The translations under genes were made by a program, and so were the position numbers. DNA of 59,847 bases, the filler included. It is 6 parts of 6 records of this genome, joined end to end, with 100 filler letters (N's around TTAATTAATTAA, not from the genome) between each part and the next. Parts side by side here need not be neighbours in the genome. Positions count along the whole stretch, not along the records: positions 26,436 to 43,453 come from DRR723986_20580; positions 43,554 to 59,847 come from DRR723986_20586; 4 more parts are not named here. One strand, given 5' to 3'. Below are positions 33,754 to 43,672 of the stretch, piece after piece (positions within the stretch are counted from its first letter, which is position 1; each line of letters starts with the position of its first letter). The notes below the pieces were generated by a model. That model was not told where the DNA came from. It was given only the letters and a program-made list of their open reading frames with translations, and made no database searches.

Positions 33754-33826
33754 GAATGAACGCTGTTCAAATTTGTTTTACGTTCGACGTTTCTAACATC
33801 AGTTTTGAAATTGGAATGACCAGATT

Positions 33827-36316
33827 ATGCCAAATATCCGCTTTTATAGGACATTCATTCTGCTTGTACTAAGCCTTGTTTGCATTCACTCTACAGGAAG
33901 GGCGCAGTCATCTGAATTTGACGAGATTATTGAGAAGCTAGATATTCTGGATGGATACTTTCCATTATATATAGACAGTGAGAGTGATGCGGTCTACATG
34001 TCGATTGAAAAGTCCCAGGGAGAGTTCCTCTATGTGACTTATCTGAGCTCAGGCGTCGGTTCCAATGACCTTGGTCTAGATCGCGGACAGATTCGCAGCA
34101 CACAACTGGTCGAATTTCAGAAGCTGGGGAACAAATTGCTTCTTGTGCAGCCCAATGAGACATTCATTGCATCCAGCACCAATAGTTCTGAGGTACGAGC
34201 TGTACGCGAAGCCTTTGCGCACTCTGTACTGTGGGGTTTTACAATCAAGGCTGAAAAAGACGGTACATACCTAATCGATGCCTCGGATTTTCTGCTTCGT
34301 CCGGACAACTCTCTCAGCAGGTCATTAAATAATCGCAAAGAGGGCAGTTTTTCTGTGGATGCTTCGCGATCTGCGATAGATTTCTCCAACTGTAAGTCTT
34401 TTCCGCAAAACACTGAAATCAATGTTTTCCTTACGTATACTGGTGGACCTGCAGGCAGGTATCTGCGTTCCGTCAGTCCCAACGCAAATGCTTTTACCGT
34501 TGGAATCCGGCATTCATTTGTTCAGTTGCCAATAGAACAATTTGAGATGCGACCGGCCGACCCGCGGATCGGGTACTTTACATTAGAGAAGTATGACTAC
34601 GCAGCGCCATACAATGAACCGATCCGTAAACACTACGTCATTAGGCATAGGCTTGAAAAGACAGACCCAGGTGCGGCCAAAAGTACTGTCAAAGAACCCA
34701 TAGTCTACTATCTGGATAGTGGAACTCCGGAACCTGTTAGATCTGCACTTCTTGACGGTGCCCGCTGGTGGAACACGGCTTTTGAAGAAGCGGGGTTCAT
34801 CGACGCTTTTAGAGTGGAGGTAATGCCGAGTGACGCAGACCCACTCGATATTCGCTATAACGTAATTCAGTGGGTACACCGCGCGACACGCGGATGGTCT
34901 TACGGGGCTTCAGTAGTCGACCCACGAACCGGTGAGATTATTAAAGGCCATGTGACCTTGGGATCGTTGCGCTTTAGACATGACTATAAGATTGCAGAAG
35001 CTTTACTTCAGCTATATTCAGATCCGGTATCTGATAGTAAAGTAAATCAGGCGCGTGAAATGGCAATTGCCCGTCTTCGGCAACTTTCAGCTCATGAAGT
35101 TGGCCACACTTTGGGACTGCTTCACAACTTTGCAGCCAGTTCATATTCCGATGGACTCGGATCTGTTATGGACTACCCACATCCGATGGTCACTTTCACA
35201 AGTGATTCTGCGCTGTCGCTCACCAATGCATATCCAACAGGCGTAGGTACGTGGGACAAGTTCGCTATCAAATATGGTTACTCTGACTTTGGTGAAAAAG
35301 GCGCTGAACTTAAGTTTTTACGAGAATACACGACTCGCAATATTTCTAGTAATACAAGCTACATTTCAGATAGTGATGCAAGAGCCGCAGGTGGAGCTCA
35401 CCCAAAGGCACATCTCTGGGATAATGGTACCAATGCAGCAGAACAACTTCAATACGTCCTTGATGTACGGCGTAAAGCAATTGAGCAATTTTCGGAACGA
35501 GCTATTCGCAATGGTACACCAATGTCTGAACTCGAATCGAGTTTCGCTCCTTTGTACTTCTTTCACCGATATCAGCTAAGCGCATGTTCGAAACTTGTGG
35601 GTGGAGTTGATTACGCATACAAAGTTCGAGGTGACAATTCTGATTTGGTGCAGGTTGTGGATCCAGGTGTCCAACGTGAAGCTATCGAGGCAATGATTCG
35701 CTCTGTATCTGTCCCGGATTTAACGATTCCGCCAAGATTGAGTAAAATGATCGTTCCGCCGGCACCTTATTACGGCGGAGACCGCGAAGGATTTGAGGGT
35801 TATACCGACCCAATATTCGATCCAATCGCCGCCGCTAAAAGTGCCGCAACAATGAGTTTAGAAGCCTTATTGCACCCAAACCGCGCTGCAAGACTGATTG
35901 AACAACACGCAAATGACAGTGCCCACTTGTCTTTCATTGATCTCTTGGAGAGGCTCCATGAAGTCGCGTTCTATGAAGAGCAAAAATCAGAAATGGATAG
36001 GACAATTCAGCGAACAGTGGCTCAAGCCTACCTGGCCACGATGTTCGAACTTATCGCAGATACTCAAATATCCGAAAACGTCAGAGCTCAGGCATATTAT
36101 TCACTTCAAATGCTTGCAGAGAAATTGACGGAGAGGTCTGGAGAAATAAATGACAGAGCTGAACTTGCGCATCTGACATTTTCACTTAAACAAATTGAGC
36201 TTATCCAGACGCCATCGGAGATTATTGGTTCCAGTTCGACACCTGATGCTCCACCGGGGTCCCCTATCGGGTCACCTGGACATATAGGATGTGACTGTTA
36301 TTCTACTCGTCCATAA
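33827..36316 (+). CDS. Secreted zinc-dependent metalloprotease (DUF5117/DUF4953, EcxA-like metzincin)
   Basis: Signal peptide; DPRIGYF, DPRTGEIIKG, HEVGHTLGLLHNF, SVMDY Met-turn. Confidence 0.9.
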   Translation: MPNIRFYRTFILLVLSLVCIHSTGRAQSSEFDEIIEKLDILDGYFPLYIDSESDAVYMSIEKSQGEFLYVTYLSSGVGSNDLGLDRGQIRSTQLVEFQKLGNKLLLVQPNETFIASSTNSSEVRAVREAFAHSVLWGFTIKAEKDGTYLIDASDFLLRPDNSLSRSLNNRKEGSFSVDASRSAIDFSNCKSFPQNTEINVFLTYTGGPAGRYLRSVSPNANAFTVGIRHSFVQLPIEQFEMRPADPRIGYFTLEKYDYAAPYNEPIRKHYVIRHRLEKTDPGAAKSTVKEPIVYYLDSGTPEPVRSALLDGARWWNTAFEEAGFIDAFRVEVMPSDADPLDIRYNVIQWVHRATRGWSYGASVVDPRTGEIIKGHVTLGSLRFRHDYKIAEALLQLYSDPVSDSKVNQAREMAIARLRQLSAHEVGHTLGLLHNFAASSYSDGLGSVMDYPHPMVTFTSDSALSLTNAYPTGVGTWDKFAIKYGYSDFGEKGAELKFLREYTTRNISSNTSYISDSDARAAGGAHPKAHLWDNGTNAAEQLQYVLDVRRKAIEQFSERAIRNGTPMSELESSFAPLYFFHRYQLSACSKLVGGVDYAYKVRGDNSDLVQVVDPGVQREAIEAMIRSVSVPDLTIPPRLSKMIVPPAPYYGGDREGFEGYTDPIFDPIAAAKSAATMSLEALLHPNRAARLIEQHANDSAHLSFIDLLERLHEVAFYEEQKSEMDRTIQRTVAQAYLATMFELIADTQISENVRAQAYYSLQMLAEKLTERSGEINDRAELAHLTFSLKQIELIQTPSEIIGSSSTPDAPPGSPIGSPGHIGCDCYSTRP

Positions 36317-36373
36317 TTCCGTAAATTGACTTGTGCATTTGTACAATTAGAATTTCGATTGTGACTAGCCGAT

Positions 36374-37066
36374 ATGAAACACTTCTGCCGAAATTTCGCG
36401 CTCATATTGAGCTGCATATTCTTACTGCAAGCTTGCCAAAACGGTGAAAAAGACACTGAAGCTATTGAGGTGCTATTTAAGAAGGGTGTGCGGCATTCAA
36501 TGACTGCCGCTGAATTTCTTGGCACTGGTAATATCGGCGAAGCAGATAAAGAATATGGCCTTTCTGTTGAAACTTTTCAGCAAGTCATCGCCAAAGATTC
36601 ACTACACCTGGGAGCTGTTGGAGGATTGGGACACAGCTACTTCCAGTTGGGAGAATACGAGAAAGCCATTGAAAGTCTCAAGAGTGCAATTAACATTGAC
36701 TCAGATTTTGCTGAAAACCACAGACTCCTGGGACTTTCACTTATTAACTTCGGCGACCTTCTTGAAGGCGGCAAAGAACTGCAGTACGCTCATCAGTTGA
36801 ATAATGACACTTCTTACTTCAAAACCACCATGCGCGATCTGGCCGGTATTGGGAAATCATCCTTTGAAAAAGGTTTAAGACTTGATAATACAATGGGGAA
36901 AAATGCCGGTCGGTCATATCAACACTTTGCCGTGGGAGTTTACATGTTAGCACATGACCTGGATTCAACCGATCGCAACATCATGCAAGCAATCGTTGAT
37001 ATGTGTACAAAGATTGGAGATACAACTACCGCTCAAATATTTGAACGTAAGTTGGCTGGTGATTAA
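36374..37066 (+). CDS. TPR-containing lipoprotein
   Basis: Lipobox LQAC; LGHSYFQLGEYEKAIESLKSAINID TPR. Confidence 0.75.
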   Translation: MKHFCRNFALILSCIFLLQACQNGEKDTEAIEVLFKKGVRHSMTAAEFLGTGNIGEADKEYGLSVETFQQVIAKDSLHLGAVGGLGHSYFQLGEYEKAIESLKSAINIDSDFAENHRLLGLSLINFGDLLEGGKELQYAHQLNNDTSYFKTTMRDLAGIGKSSFEKGLRLDNTMGKNAGRSYQHFAVGVYMLAHDLDSTDRNIMQAIVDMCTKIGDTTTAQIFERKLAGD

Positions 37067-37635
37067 GTATGATTAGATGTGGAAGTTTGAGGGCTAACAC
37101 TATCTGGAAAAGAATTGACGCGATTTAACCACCCTCTTAGGAATACTTTTAATTTTGGTTTTCGCGCTGCCAGTGACTCGTAATAGTTTGCACGAGACTT
37201 TTTGTAAGCCAGATAGAGTGTGTTGAGTTCTTCACTATTTATGGCTCTTAGAGTATTTGGTCCAAAAGCTCCATCCACTGCTAATGGCTTTTGGTTTGGG
37301 AATGTTGCATTATATGTTCGTTGAAAAACACGAATTGCATTGCCGCCGGCATTAACATAAAAGTCAAATGTGAAATCTGCCATTATTTGATTCTGAATAT
37401 CATCGCCAGAAATTCTATCCCAGTAGAGTGCTTTGTATATCTTAAAACACTGAGCATCCGTCAGGTTTTTAAGATTTTCCAATGTAGGTTCAATTCCAAG
37501 GATGCGCTGGGCTGTATTGCGAAAAGTTCCAATCGTAATCCCTTTGTTGGTTGCTCCTCCTGGATCATTTGGATTGTCTACGAATCCACCTTCATGTTTA
37601 AGGAGTGTCGGGAAAAAAACTTCAAAGTTCGCCAT
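37063..37635 (-). CDS. Glycoside hydrolase family 108 muramidase with peptidoglycan-binding domain
   Basis: HEGGFVDNPNDPGGATNKGIT; VDG.FGP.T; FLRGWLNRV. Confidence 0.92.
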   Translation of the reverse strand: MANFEVFFPTLLKHEGGFVDNPNDPGGATNKGITIGTFRNTAQRILGIEPTLENLKNLTDAQCFKIYKALYWDRISGDDIQNQIMADFTFDFYVNAGGNAIRVFQRTYNATFPNQKPLAVDGAFGPNTLRAINSEELNTLYLAYKKSRANYYESLAARKPKLKVFLRGWLNRVNSFPDSVSPQTSTSNHT

Positions 37636-37659
37636 GATTCACCTTAGTGTTAATTTAGA

Positions 37660-38583
37660 CTATCTGTCGATAGTAGCTGATGGGTCGAGTGGTCTTGATA
37701 TGGATATTCCAGTAAAATACTTTTTGTTACGAATATATTCTGCTAGATCGCTATCCAAATAAATTCCGTGGGTTGTAGAAGCATGTAGAAGACGGCAATT
37801 GCCTTCTTCGTCAAAATGTACAAATCCTGTGTGCGCATAGTCCAATCCAGCAATTGAAGTAGAGATACAGACTATATCACAGTTTTGCAGCTTGTCGTAT
37901 GCAGCTTCAATATCGTCTTGATCTATGTAAAGCCGTTTGTCTCTGTTTATCAATTTCTCGAAGGCGGCAATTTTACTAATAAATTCCGGATGCTCAACTA
38001 GTGCGGGGTACTTATCCGGATTTGTAGACATGAAGTTAACATCACCGACATATTTGGTGGCCCCTAGTTCAGCAGAAATATCTATTACCACCTGTTTGCT
38101 TTGATTATCCGTGATCCATTCGGATGTATAGTGCAGTCTTGAATCATATCCCTGCATTTTGCCTTTGCGGTAGCGCGTAAACTCAATTTCGGCAAGTAGT
38201 TCTTCCAGCGTTAGCCGCTGAAGTTTGATATTCCGCGCAATACATACAACAGCTTCGTAATATGTCACACAGTCAAAACCACCAAAATTGATTCGACACT
38301 GTTCCACTTGCGGATTTTCGAGTGTTCCAGCTTGGTAGGGCGTATCCAGAAATGAAAGTGCAATTTTTGTCATAAGAGCCGACATGGGCAATGATTGCCA
38401 GTTCTCAGCCTTTGACGTTGTAATAATTTGGTTAAACGCATCGACAGTTGTTGTTGACGGCGTGGGATATTCAGTGTTAACAATATTCTGGGCATCACCA
38501 CTACCAACTGCATAAAACAATACAGGGACTGTAAGCAATAGTGCGATACAGATTGAAATGATTGTGTATTTGCGACGATTCAT
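37660..38583 (-). CDS. DUF1460 NlpC/P60-like N-acetylmuramoyl-L-alanine amidase
   Basis: FLDTPY.AGTLE, FDCVTY.E, RLHY.SEW, GLD.AHTG, LHAS. Confidence 0.88.
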   Translation of the reverse strand: MNRRKYTIISICIALLLTVPVLFYAVGSGDAQNIVNTEYPTPSTTTVDAFNQIITTSKAENWQSLPMSALMTKIALSFLDTPYQAGTLENPQVEQCRINFGGFDCVTYYEAVVCIARNIKLQRLTLEELLAEIEFTRYRKGKMQGYDSRLHYTSEWITDNQSKQVVIDISAELGATKYVGDVNFMSTNPDKYPALVEHPEFISKIAAFEKLINRDKRLYIDQDDIEAAYDKLQNCDIVCISTSIAGLDYAHTGFVHFDEEGNCRLLHASTTHGIYLDSDLAEYIRNKKYFTGISISRPLDPSATIDR

Positions 38584-38620
38584 GTGACTTTCGGAGTTTC
38601 GTGTTTAACTAATACCTGTC

Positions 38621-39697
38621 TTACAACCCGGTTAACTCCAAAAGTTCTTTGCCTTCGGGATAACGCTCTACCAGTGACTTTTCATGAGTTTTTAAGCGGG
38701 CATAAGAGTCACTGAAAGAATGTTTGGATTCGTCAGTTCGTTTTTGGCGGTACAGAAAAAAGGATAGAAAAATCCCACCAAATGTATACTCTGGAAACGC
38801 AACCGGAATTTCACGAAGGTAACTTTCGGCCAACTCAAATTCTTTGCGGTCTTCACATATCTTCGCGATGTTTAATCGCGCTCGTGCAAAAGAAGGTTTA
38901 GCGCCGATTGCGCGAGAATACCATAACAATGCTTCATCTGTTCTGTTTAACTTTTCTAAAGCAATCCCCAGTGCCAACATCGTAGTTTCTTCATCAGGCA
39001 TTAATTTCAGAATAGTTTGGCATGTTTCTACAACTTGATCCCACTGTTTTAGGACCTGATAAACCTGAACCTTAATTGCGTGATATCGGTAGCGATAAGG
39101 ATCAGAAGTTATTAATCGATTAATTACTGGGACAGCTGTCTTTTCGACATCAATGTCATGCCCTTGAGCCTTGGCCCAAGCCATGGTAAAGGCATAGTCT
39201 TCCAGTCCAGATGGAAGCTCACCTTCTGCGAGATTGGCAACTACATCCTGAAATATATTAAGTGATTCTTCAGTGCGCCCGCGCCAGTTTAGAGCAAATC
39301 CAAGTGCAAGTCTTACAGATGGATCTTTGGACATGCCGGCTTGTTGTATCAACTCTTCAGCGGCTTGTTCATCTTCCAAAAAGGCGATGTAGGTTGCTTT
39401 TAACAATTCGGAATTAGTCTGTTCAATTCCTTCTGTTAATGCTGTTTCCCCGGCTTCATCCATCCGGGTTACATCGCGAAAACAGGCAAAAGCCAGGAAG
39501 CTGTACCATTCGGGGTTACCTGTTGGATTGAGATAGATTGCACGTTTTAAGAATTTACGTGCAATGTTCAGGCGAGTTCTTGACTCTAGTTCAATGCCGA
39601 TTTCACCGACGCGTTCTGCGTTATTCCAGTGAGTATATGCTTCGTCAATTAAATGTTCTATCGTTTGGAACTGCATTGTCTGCCAACTATTGATCAA
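38621..39697 (-). CDS. Tetratricopeptide repeat protein
   Basis: Multiple TPR-like helical repeats (LALGIALEKLNRTDEALLWYSRAI); true start may be 39676. Confidence 0.75.
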   Translation of the reverse strand: MINSWQTMQFQTIEHLIDEAYTHWNNAERVGEIGIELESRTRLNIARKFLKRAIYLNPTGNPEWYSFLAFACFRDVTRMDEAGETALTEGIEQTNSELLKATYIAFLEDEQAAEELIQQAGMSKDPSVRLALGFALNWRGRTEESLNIFQDVVANLAEGELPSGLEDYAFTMAWAKAQGHDIDVEKTAVPVINRLITSDPYRYRYHAIKVQVYQVLKQWDQVVETCQTILKLMPDEETTMLALGIALEKLNRTDEALLWYSRAIGAKPSFARARLNIAKICEDRKEFELAESYLREIPVAFPEYTFGGIFLSFFLYRQKRTDESKHSFSDSYARLKTHEKSLVERYPEGKELLELTGL

Positions 39698-40449
39698 AGA
39701 AAAACATTCAGACTTGGGAGGCCAATAGGCTCAATTGAATAAAAAGCTTCTGCGTGAGTCACGCCAATTTTTGCACCAAAATAACGCGATCTGGCTTCCA
39801 GGAATCCAGAAAACTCTGGCCTGGAGATAAAAGTTTGCGGTTCATCTGCATAGTCAGTGTTGCCAGGAACATGAAATTGCGATGAATAGGCCTGTACTGC
39901 CTGAATCTTGTCCTCATAATATGCACTAATGTCAACATAGAATGCCGGTGCAAACTCATACGTTTGCATGTAGCAAAAAGTATTGAGTGGACGGTATGGC
40001 TTCTGAACGAGACCATTGTGCATACTCTTGACTTTACTTAGTCCAGATACAAATAGTGCGCGCCGTACAAGGTTATGTGTTTGTTCGTGATCTGGATGAC
40101 GATCTCGTTGAGGCGGAAATAATAGGAGTTTAGGGCGATAGTGCCTAAACACTCGGATCATTGCTTCAACCTGAGCCTCACTGCTGTCTATTTTTCCATC
40201 CGGTAATGCCAAATTCTCACGGAATTGAATCCCAAGCACTTGTGCAGCGTGATCAGCTTCGACTTTGCGCAACTCAGGCGTGCCACGAGATCCAAGTTCG
40301 CCACGGGTGCAATCAACAATTGCGACGCGTTTTCCACTTAGAACGGCAGATCTGATTGTTCCACCACATGATAACTCTGCATCATCGGGATGGGCCGCAA
40401 TAACCAGAATATCGACGTCTTCCTGGTGTTGGTTGTTTGCAGTGCTCAT
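39694..40449 (-). CDS. bshB1: Bacillithiol biosynthesis deacetylase BshB1 (PIG-L family)
   Basis: AAHPDDAELSCGG, TRGELGSRGT, DRHPDH, AYSSQF. Confidence 0.88.
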   Translation of the reverse strand: MSTANNQHQEDVDILVIAAHPDDAELSCGGTIRSAVLSGKRVAIVDCTRGELGSRGTPELRKVEADHAAQVLGIQFRENLALPDGKIDSSEAQVEAMIRVFRHYRPKLLLFPPQRDRHPDHEQTHNLVRRALFVSGLSKVKSMHNGLVQKPYRPLNTFCYMQTYEFAPAFYVDISAYYEDKIQAVQAYSSQFHVPGNTDYADEPQTFISRPEFSGFLEARSRYFGAKIGVTHAEAFYSIEPIGLPSLNVFL

Positions 40450-40619
40450 AATTTGGTGTATTCCGGCAATGGTTGGGTTTCTTTTGCAACTATTGCAAAA
40501 TGGGGATGATAGTGCAGAAGGTCAAACGCTATTTCATACTTGCCTGAAAATGTTGCTTTACAGGGGGATATTAGAACGTCTTCTCCTCAACATGTTATAG
40601 AATTGTTTACAATATCAAG

Positions 40620-41115
40620 AACGGTTTTCCACAATTATCGCGAAGTTATCCACACTAGATGCCTATTCTGATTTTGGTAGCCGAACTTTGAGCAATTTTC
40701 CGGGCCTCTTAAAATAAGTCGAAAAACACACAAGCTTTTGAGTGCTTTTTTTGACGGTTTTGGCAATTGTCAATTCAGTGACTGTCAAAAAAACGTCGAT
40801 TTCCTGCAAATATCGGAGCTTTTCCACCATTTCGTAACTTTCCCACATGGTTATCAACATGCAATCGCTTTTTATGTGGAAAGCACTGTAAAACTGTGGG
40901 AGTTTTCCAGATTTCAAGAGTGGTAGTCAGTCAATAAAGGTGTTTTCCCACAGTGATGTTGAAATCGTGATGTTTTCCACAGTGTTTTCCACATACTTTT
41001 TCACCAAGACTTTAGCGAATTACTATCGATTTTTTAGCGAAATAGGATGATTTAAAAACTTATCCACTTATCCACAGATGTATTAACATCATATAATAGA
41101 TATTTAAAAACTAAA
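40620..41115. other. Probable chromosomal replication origin (oriC)
   Basis: TTATCCACA at 40646 and 41068; 1-mismatch boxes at 40625, 40851, 40973, 40985, 41060; tandem boxes followed by TAT-TAA-CAT-CAT and an AT-rich tract. Confidence 0.8.
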
Positions 41116-41144
41116 AGCTTGAAAGGGAAAACCAGGATTTGAAA

Positions 41145-42413
41145 TCAAGCGCTTATTTCTGTCATGCCTACATAACTTTGCAGTGCCGCCGGAATCTTTA
41201 GACTGCCGCTTTCAGTCTGGTGACTTTCAATCAATGAAACAATGATACGCGGAGTGGCCAAAGCACTTCCGTTGAGCGTATGTACAAATCCTGTTTTACC
41301 ACCCTCTTTGGGACGATATTTGATTGATGCGCGCCGAGCCTGGTAGTCTTCGAAGTTGGAACAACTCGATACTTCAAGCCATTTTTGCTCCACAGGTGAC
41401 CAAACTTCTATATCGTATGTTTTGGCGCTCCCAAACGTGGTGTCACCAGCACATAGCAGAATTACGCGGTACGTCAGCTCCAGAGATTCTAATAGTGCTT
41501 CTACGTGGCTTACAAATGCCTCCAGAGCATCGTAGGAGTCCTCAGGCTTCGTAAATGCGACCATTTCAACCTTGTTGAACTGGTGTAAGCGCTGAAATCC
41601 ACGCGTATCTTTGCCATAACTGCCCGCTTCCCTGCGAAAACAAGGACTATATGTGCAGTATTTCACTGGCAAGCTTGCTTCCGGCATTATTTCACTGGAG
41701 TGATAGTTCGTCAATGGAACTTCTGCAGTCGGAATCAGGAACAGGTCATCCTCAGTGCAATGATACATGTCCTCCGCAAATTTCGGAAGCTGTCCAGTGC
41801 CAATCATTGATTGCCGATTGACAACAAAGGGAACCATCATTTCCTGAAAGCCACCTTTGTCTGTATTGAAGTCAAGGAAGTAGTTGATCATTGCGCGTTC
41901 AAGACGTGCGCCTTTACCGGTATAGACCGGAAATCCACGGCCAGAAATTTTTGCGCCGCGTTCAAAGTCATACATTCCCAGTTTATTCGAAACATCCAGG
42001 TGATCTTTGCGAAATCCTCTCTCCAGTAAAACTCCCGAGCGACGGATTTCAATATTGTCCTCGGCTGTATTTCCATCAGGTACACTAGCGTGTAACATGT
42101 TTGGGATTGACAACGCTATATCATTCAACATTTCATCCAATTCGCGGATGCGTTCATCTGCGCTTTTGATGGAGGTTGAGACTTCACGCATTGCTGCAAT
42201 CAACTCATCTGCATTTTCGCCATTCTTCTTTTTACTGGCTACTTCGGCACTTACACTATTGCGCTTGCTCTTTAATTCTTCGACGGATTGAATTGCCTGG
42301 CGGCGCTCAGTATCTAATTTAATGAATGTAGATACATCGGCATCACTGTTTTTGCGAATGGTGTTTGACTGAACGACTTCTGGATTTTGGCGAATAAAAT
42401 TACGATCAAGCAT
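41145..42413 (-). CDS. serS: Serine--tRNA ligase
   Basis: GTGQLPKF, LIPTAEVP, CFRREAGSYG, HQFNKVE, EVSSCSN, HTLNGS. Confidence 0.98.
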   Translation of the reverse strand: MLDRNFIRQNPEVVQSNTIRKNSDADVSTFIKLDTERRQAIQSVEELKSKRNSVSAEVASKKKNGENADELIAAMREVSTSIKSADERIRELDEMLNDIALSIPNMLHASVPDGNTAEDNIEIRRSGVLLERGFRKDHLDVSNKLGMYDFERGAKISGRGFPVYTGKGARLERAMINYFLDFNTDKGGFQEMMVPFVVNRQSMIGTGQLPKFAEDMYHCTEDDLFLIPTAEVPLTNYHSSEIMPEASLPVKYCTYSPCFRREAGSYGKDTRGFQRLHQFNKVEMVAFTKPEDSYDALEAFVSHVEALLESLELTYRVILLCAGDTTFGSAKTYDIEVWSPVEQKWLEVSSCSNFEDYQARRASIKYRPKEGGKTGFVHTLNGSALATPRIIVSLIESHQTESGSLKIPAALQSYVGMTEISA

Positions 42414-42472
42414 GGCAGTACCACGATAATAAGAATGTGAGTGTTAAATATTAACTACTACAATTATGCAAG

Positions 42473-43408
42473 CTACAATTTCCATTCGCGGTAGCCAAAC
42501 AATTGCATTTGCCGGCGCATAGTAATCAAACCATCGGCGATTTTGGAAAAGTTAATTCCCAAATCCGTTTCGGCCTTAAGTGTTACTAAGCCTGCTTTTA
42601 ATGGTCGTTGAACCGAAGGTTTTAGAGAGGCTGTTGTAATTGCTTGTAGCAAGTTGACATCAAGACTATAGGTTTTTGCAATTTTGGCTGCAAAGTCAAA
42701 GCGATTGCAATACTCTGAGCCGGCGACATTATAGATACCTAGCCGTCGTTTGTTAATCAGTTTTTTAACAGCATAGGCCAAATCATCAATTAATGTTGGG
42801 TTATGATACTGATCGTTTACAACGCCAAACGGTTTGCCTTGCTGAAATTTCTCTACAATCTTAATCACGAAGTCAGGTTTGAAGCTGGTTGTAGCCCCGT
42901 ATAGAACATTTGTACGCACTATTGCATATTCAATATTGCCTGTAGCGCAGACATTTTCTGCTGCCAACTTTGTTTTGCCGTAGTAGTTCACAGGATTGGG
43001 AGTGGCTGTTTCCGGATACGGACCAGCTGCACCATCAAAAATATAGTCCGTTGAAAGATGAATCAGATGTGAATCCAGAATACGACACATTCCAACCAGG
43101 TTTTCAACACCGCGGACATTAACATTCCAGGCTTCCTGTCTGTTGCTTTCACAGTATTCAACATTGGTAATAGCGGCCGTGTTAACAATTGTGGTGGGCC
43201 GTTCTTTTAAACATACTTCTTTTAGTGCCTTGCGGTCGGTAAAATCGCCTTTATAAAACGCGAGTTTTTCATCGTGTTCGGCAGTAGCTGTGTTTCTGGA
43301 AAGCAGAACAACACGATGATCTGTTTCCGTTTTTAACACTCTGGTGATTGCTTCTGCACTGCGACTTCCAGCACCGACGATCAGGATACATGCTTGATCT
43401 TTTTCCAC
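42473..43408 (-). CDS. dTDP-4-dehydrorhamnose reductase family (RmlD-like) SDR
   Basis: NTAAITNV, STDYIFDG, YGKTK, DQYHNPT. Confidence 0.85.
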   Translation of the reverse strand: MEKDQACILIVGAGSRSAEAITRVLKTETDHRVVLLSRNTATAEHDEKLAFYKGDFTDRKALKEVCLKERPTTIVNTAAITNVEYCESNRQEAWNVNVRGVENLVGMCRILDSHLIHLSTDYIFDGAAGPYPETATPNPVNYYGKTKLAAENVCATGNIEYAIVRTNVLYGATTSFKPDFVIKIVEKFQQGKPFGVVNDQYHNPTLIDDLAYAVKKLINKRRLGIYNVAGSEYCNRFDFAAKIAKTYSLDVNLLQAITTASLKPSVQRPLKAGLVTLKAETDLGINFSKIADGLITMRRQMQLFGYREWKL

Positions 43409-43672
43409 TTGAAGCCTCGGATTCTAAATACCGAAATTCTACTATATAGTAGANNNNNNNNNNNNNNNNNNNNNNNNNNNNNNNNNNNNNNNNNNNNTTA
43501 ATTAATTAANNNNNNNNNNNNNNNNNNNNNNNNNNNNNNNNNNNNNNNNNNNNTGGCAACGCAAGATCCATCATGGCCTTCTCAAGCCTCTCGTGAGATT
43601 ACCTCTCGCTCTGCCGGACACGTCGGTGTCGGCCGCTGCCTGCGGAGAGCTGTCCGCTGATGGCGGTGTGTT

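Noticed and set aside
40663-40926. Short ORFs in the bshB1-serS gap
   Set aside because: They overlap the DnaA-box cluster and lack protein-like features.
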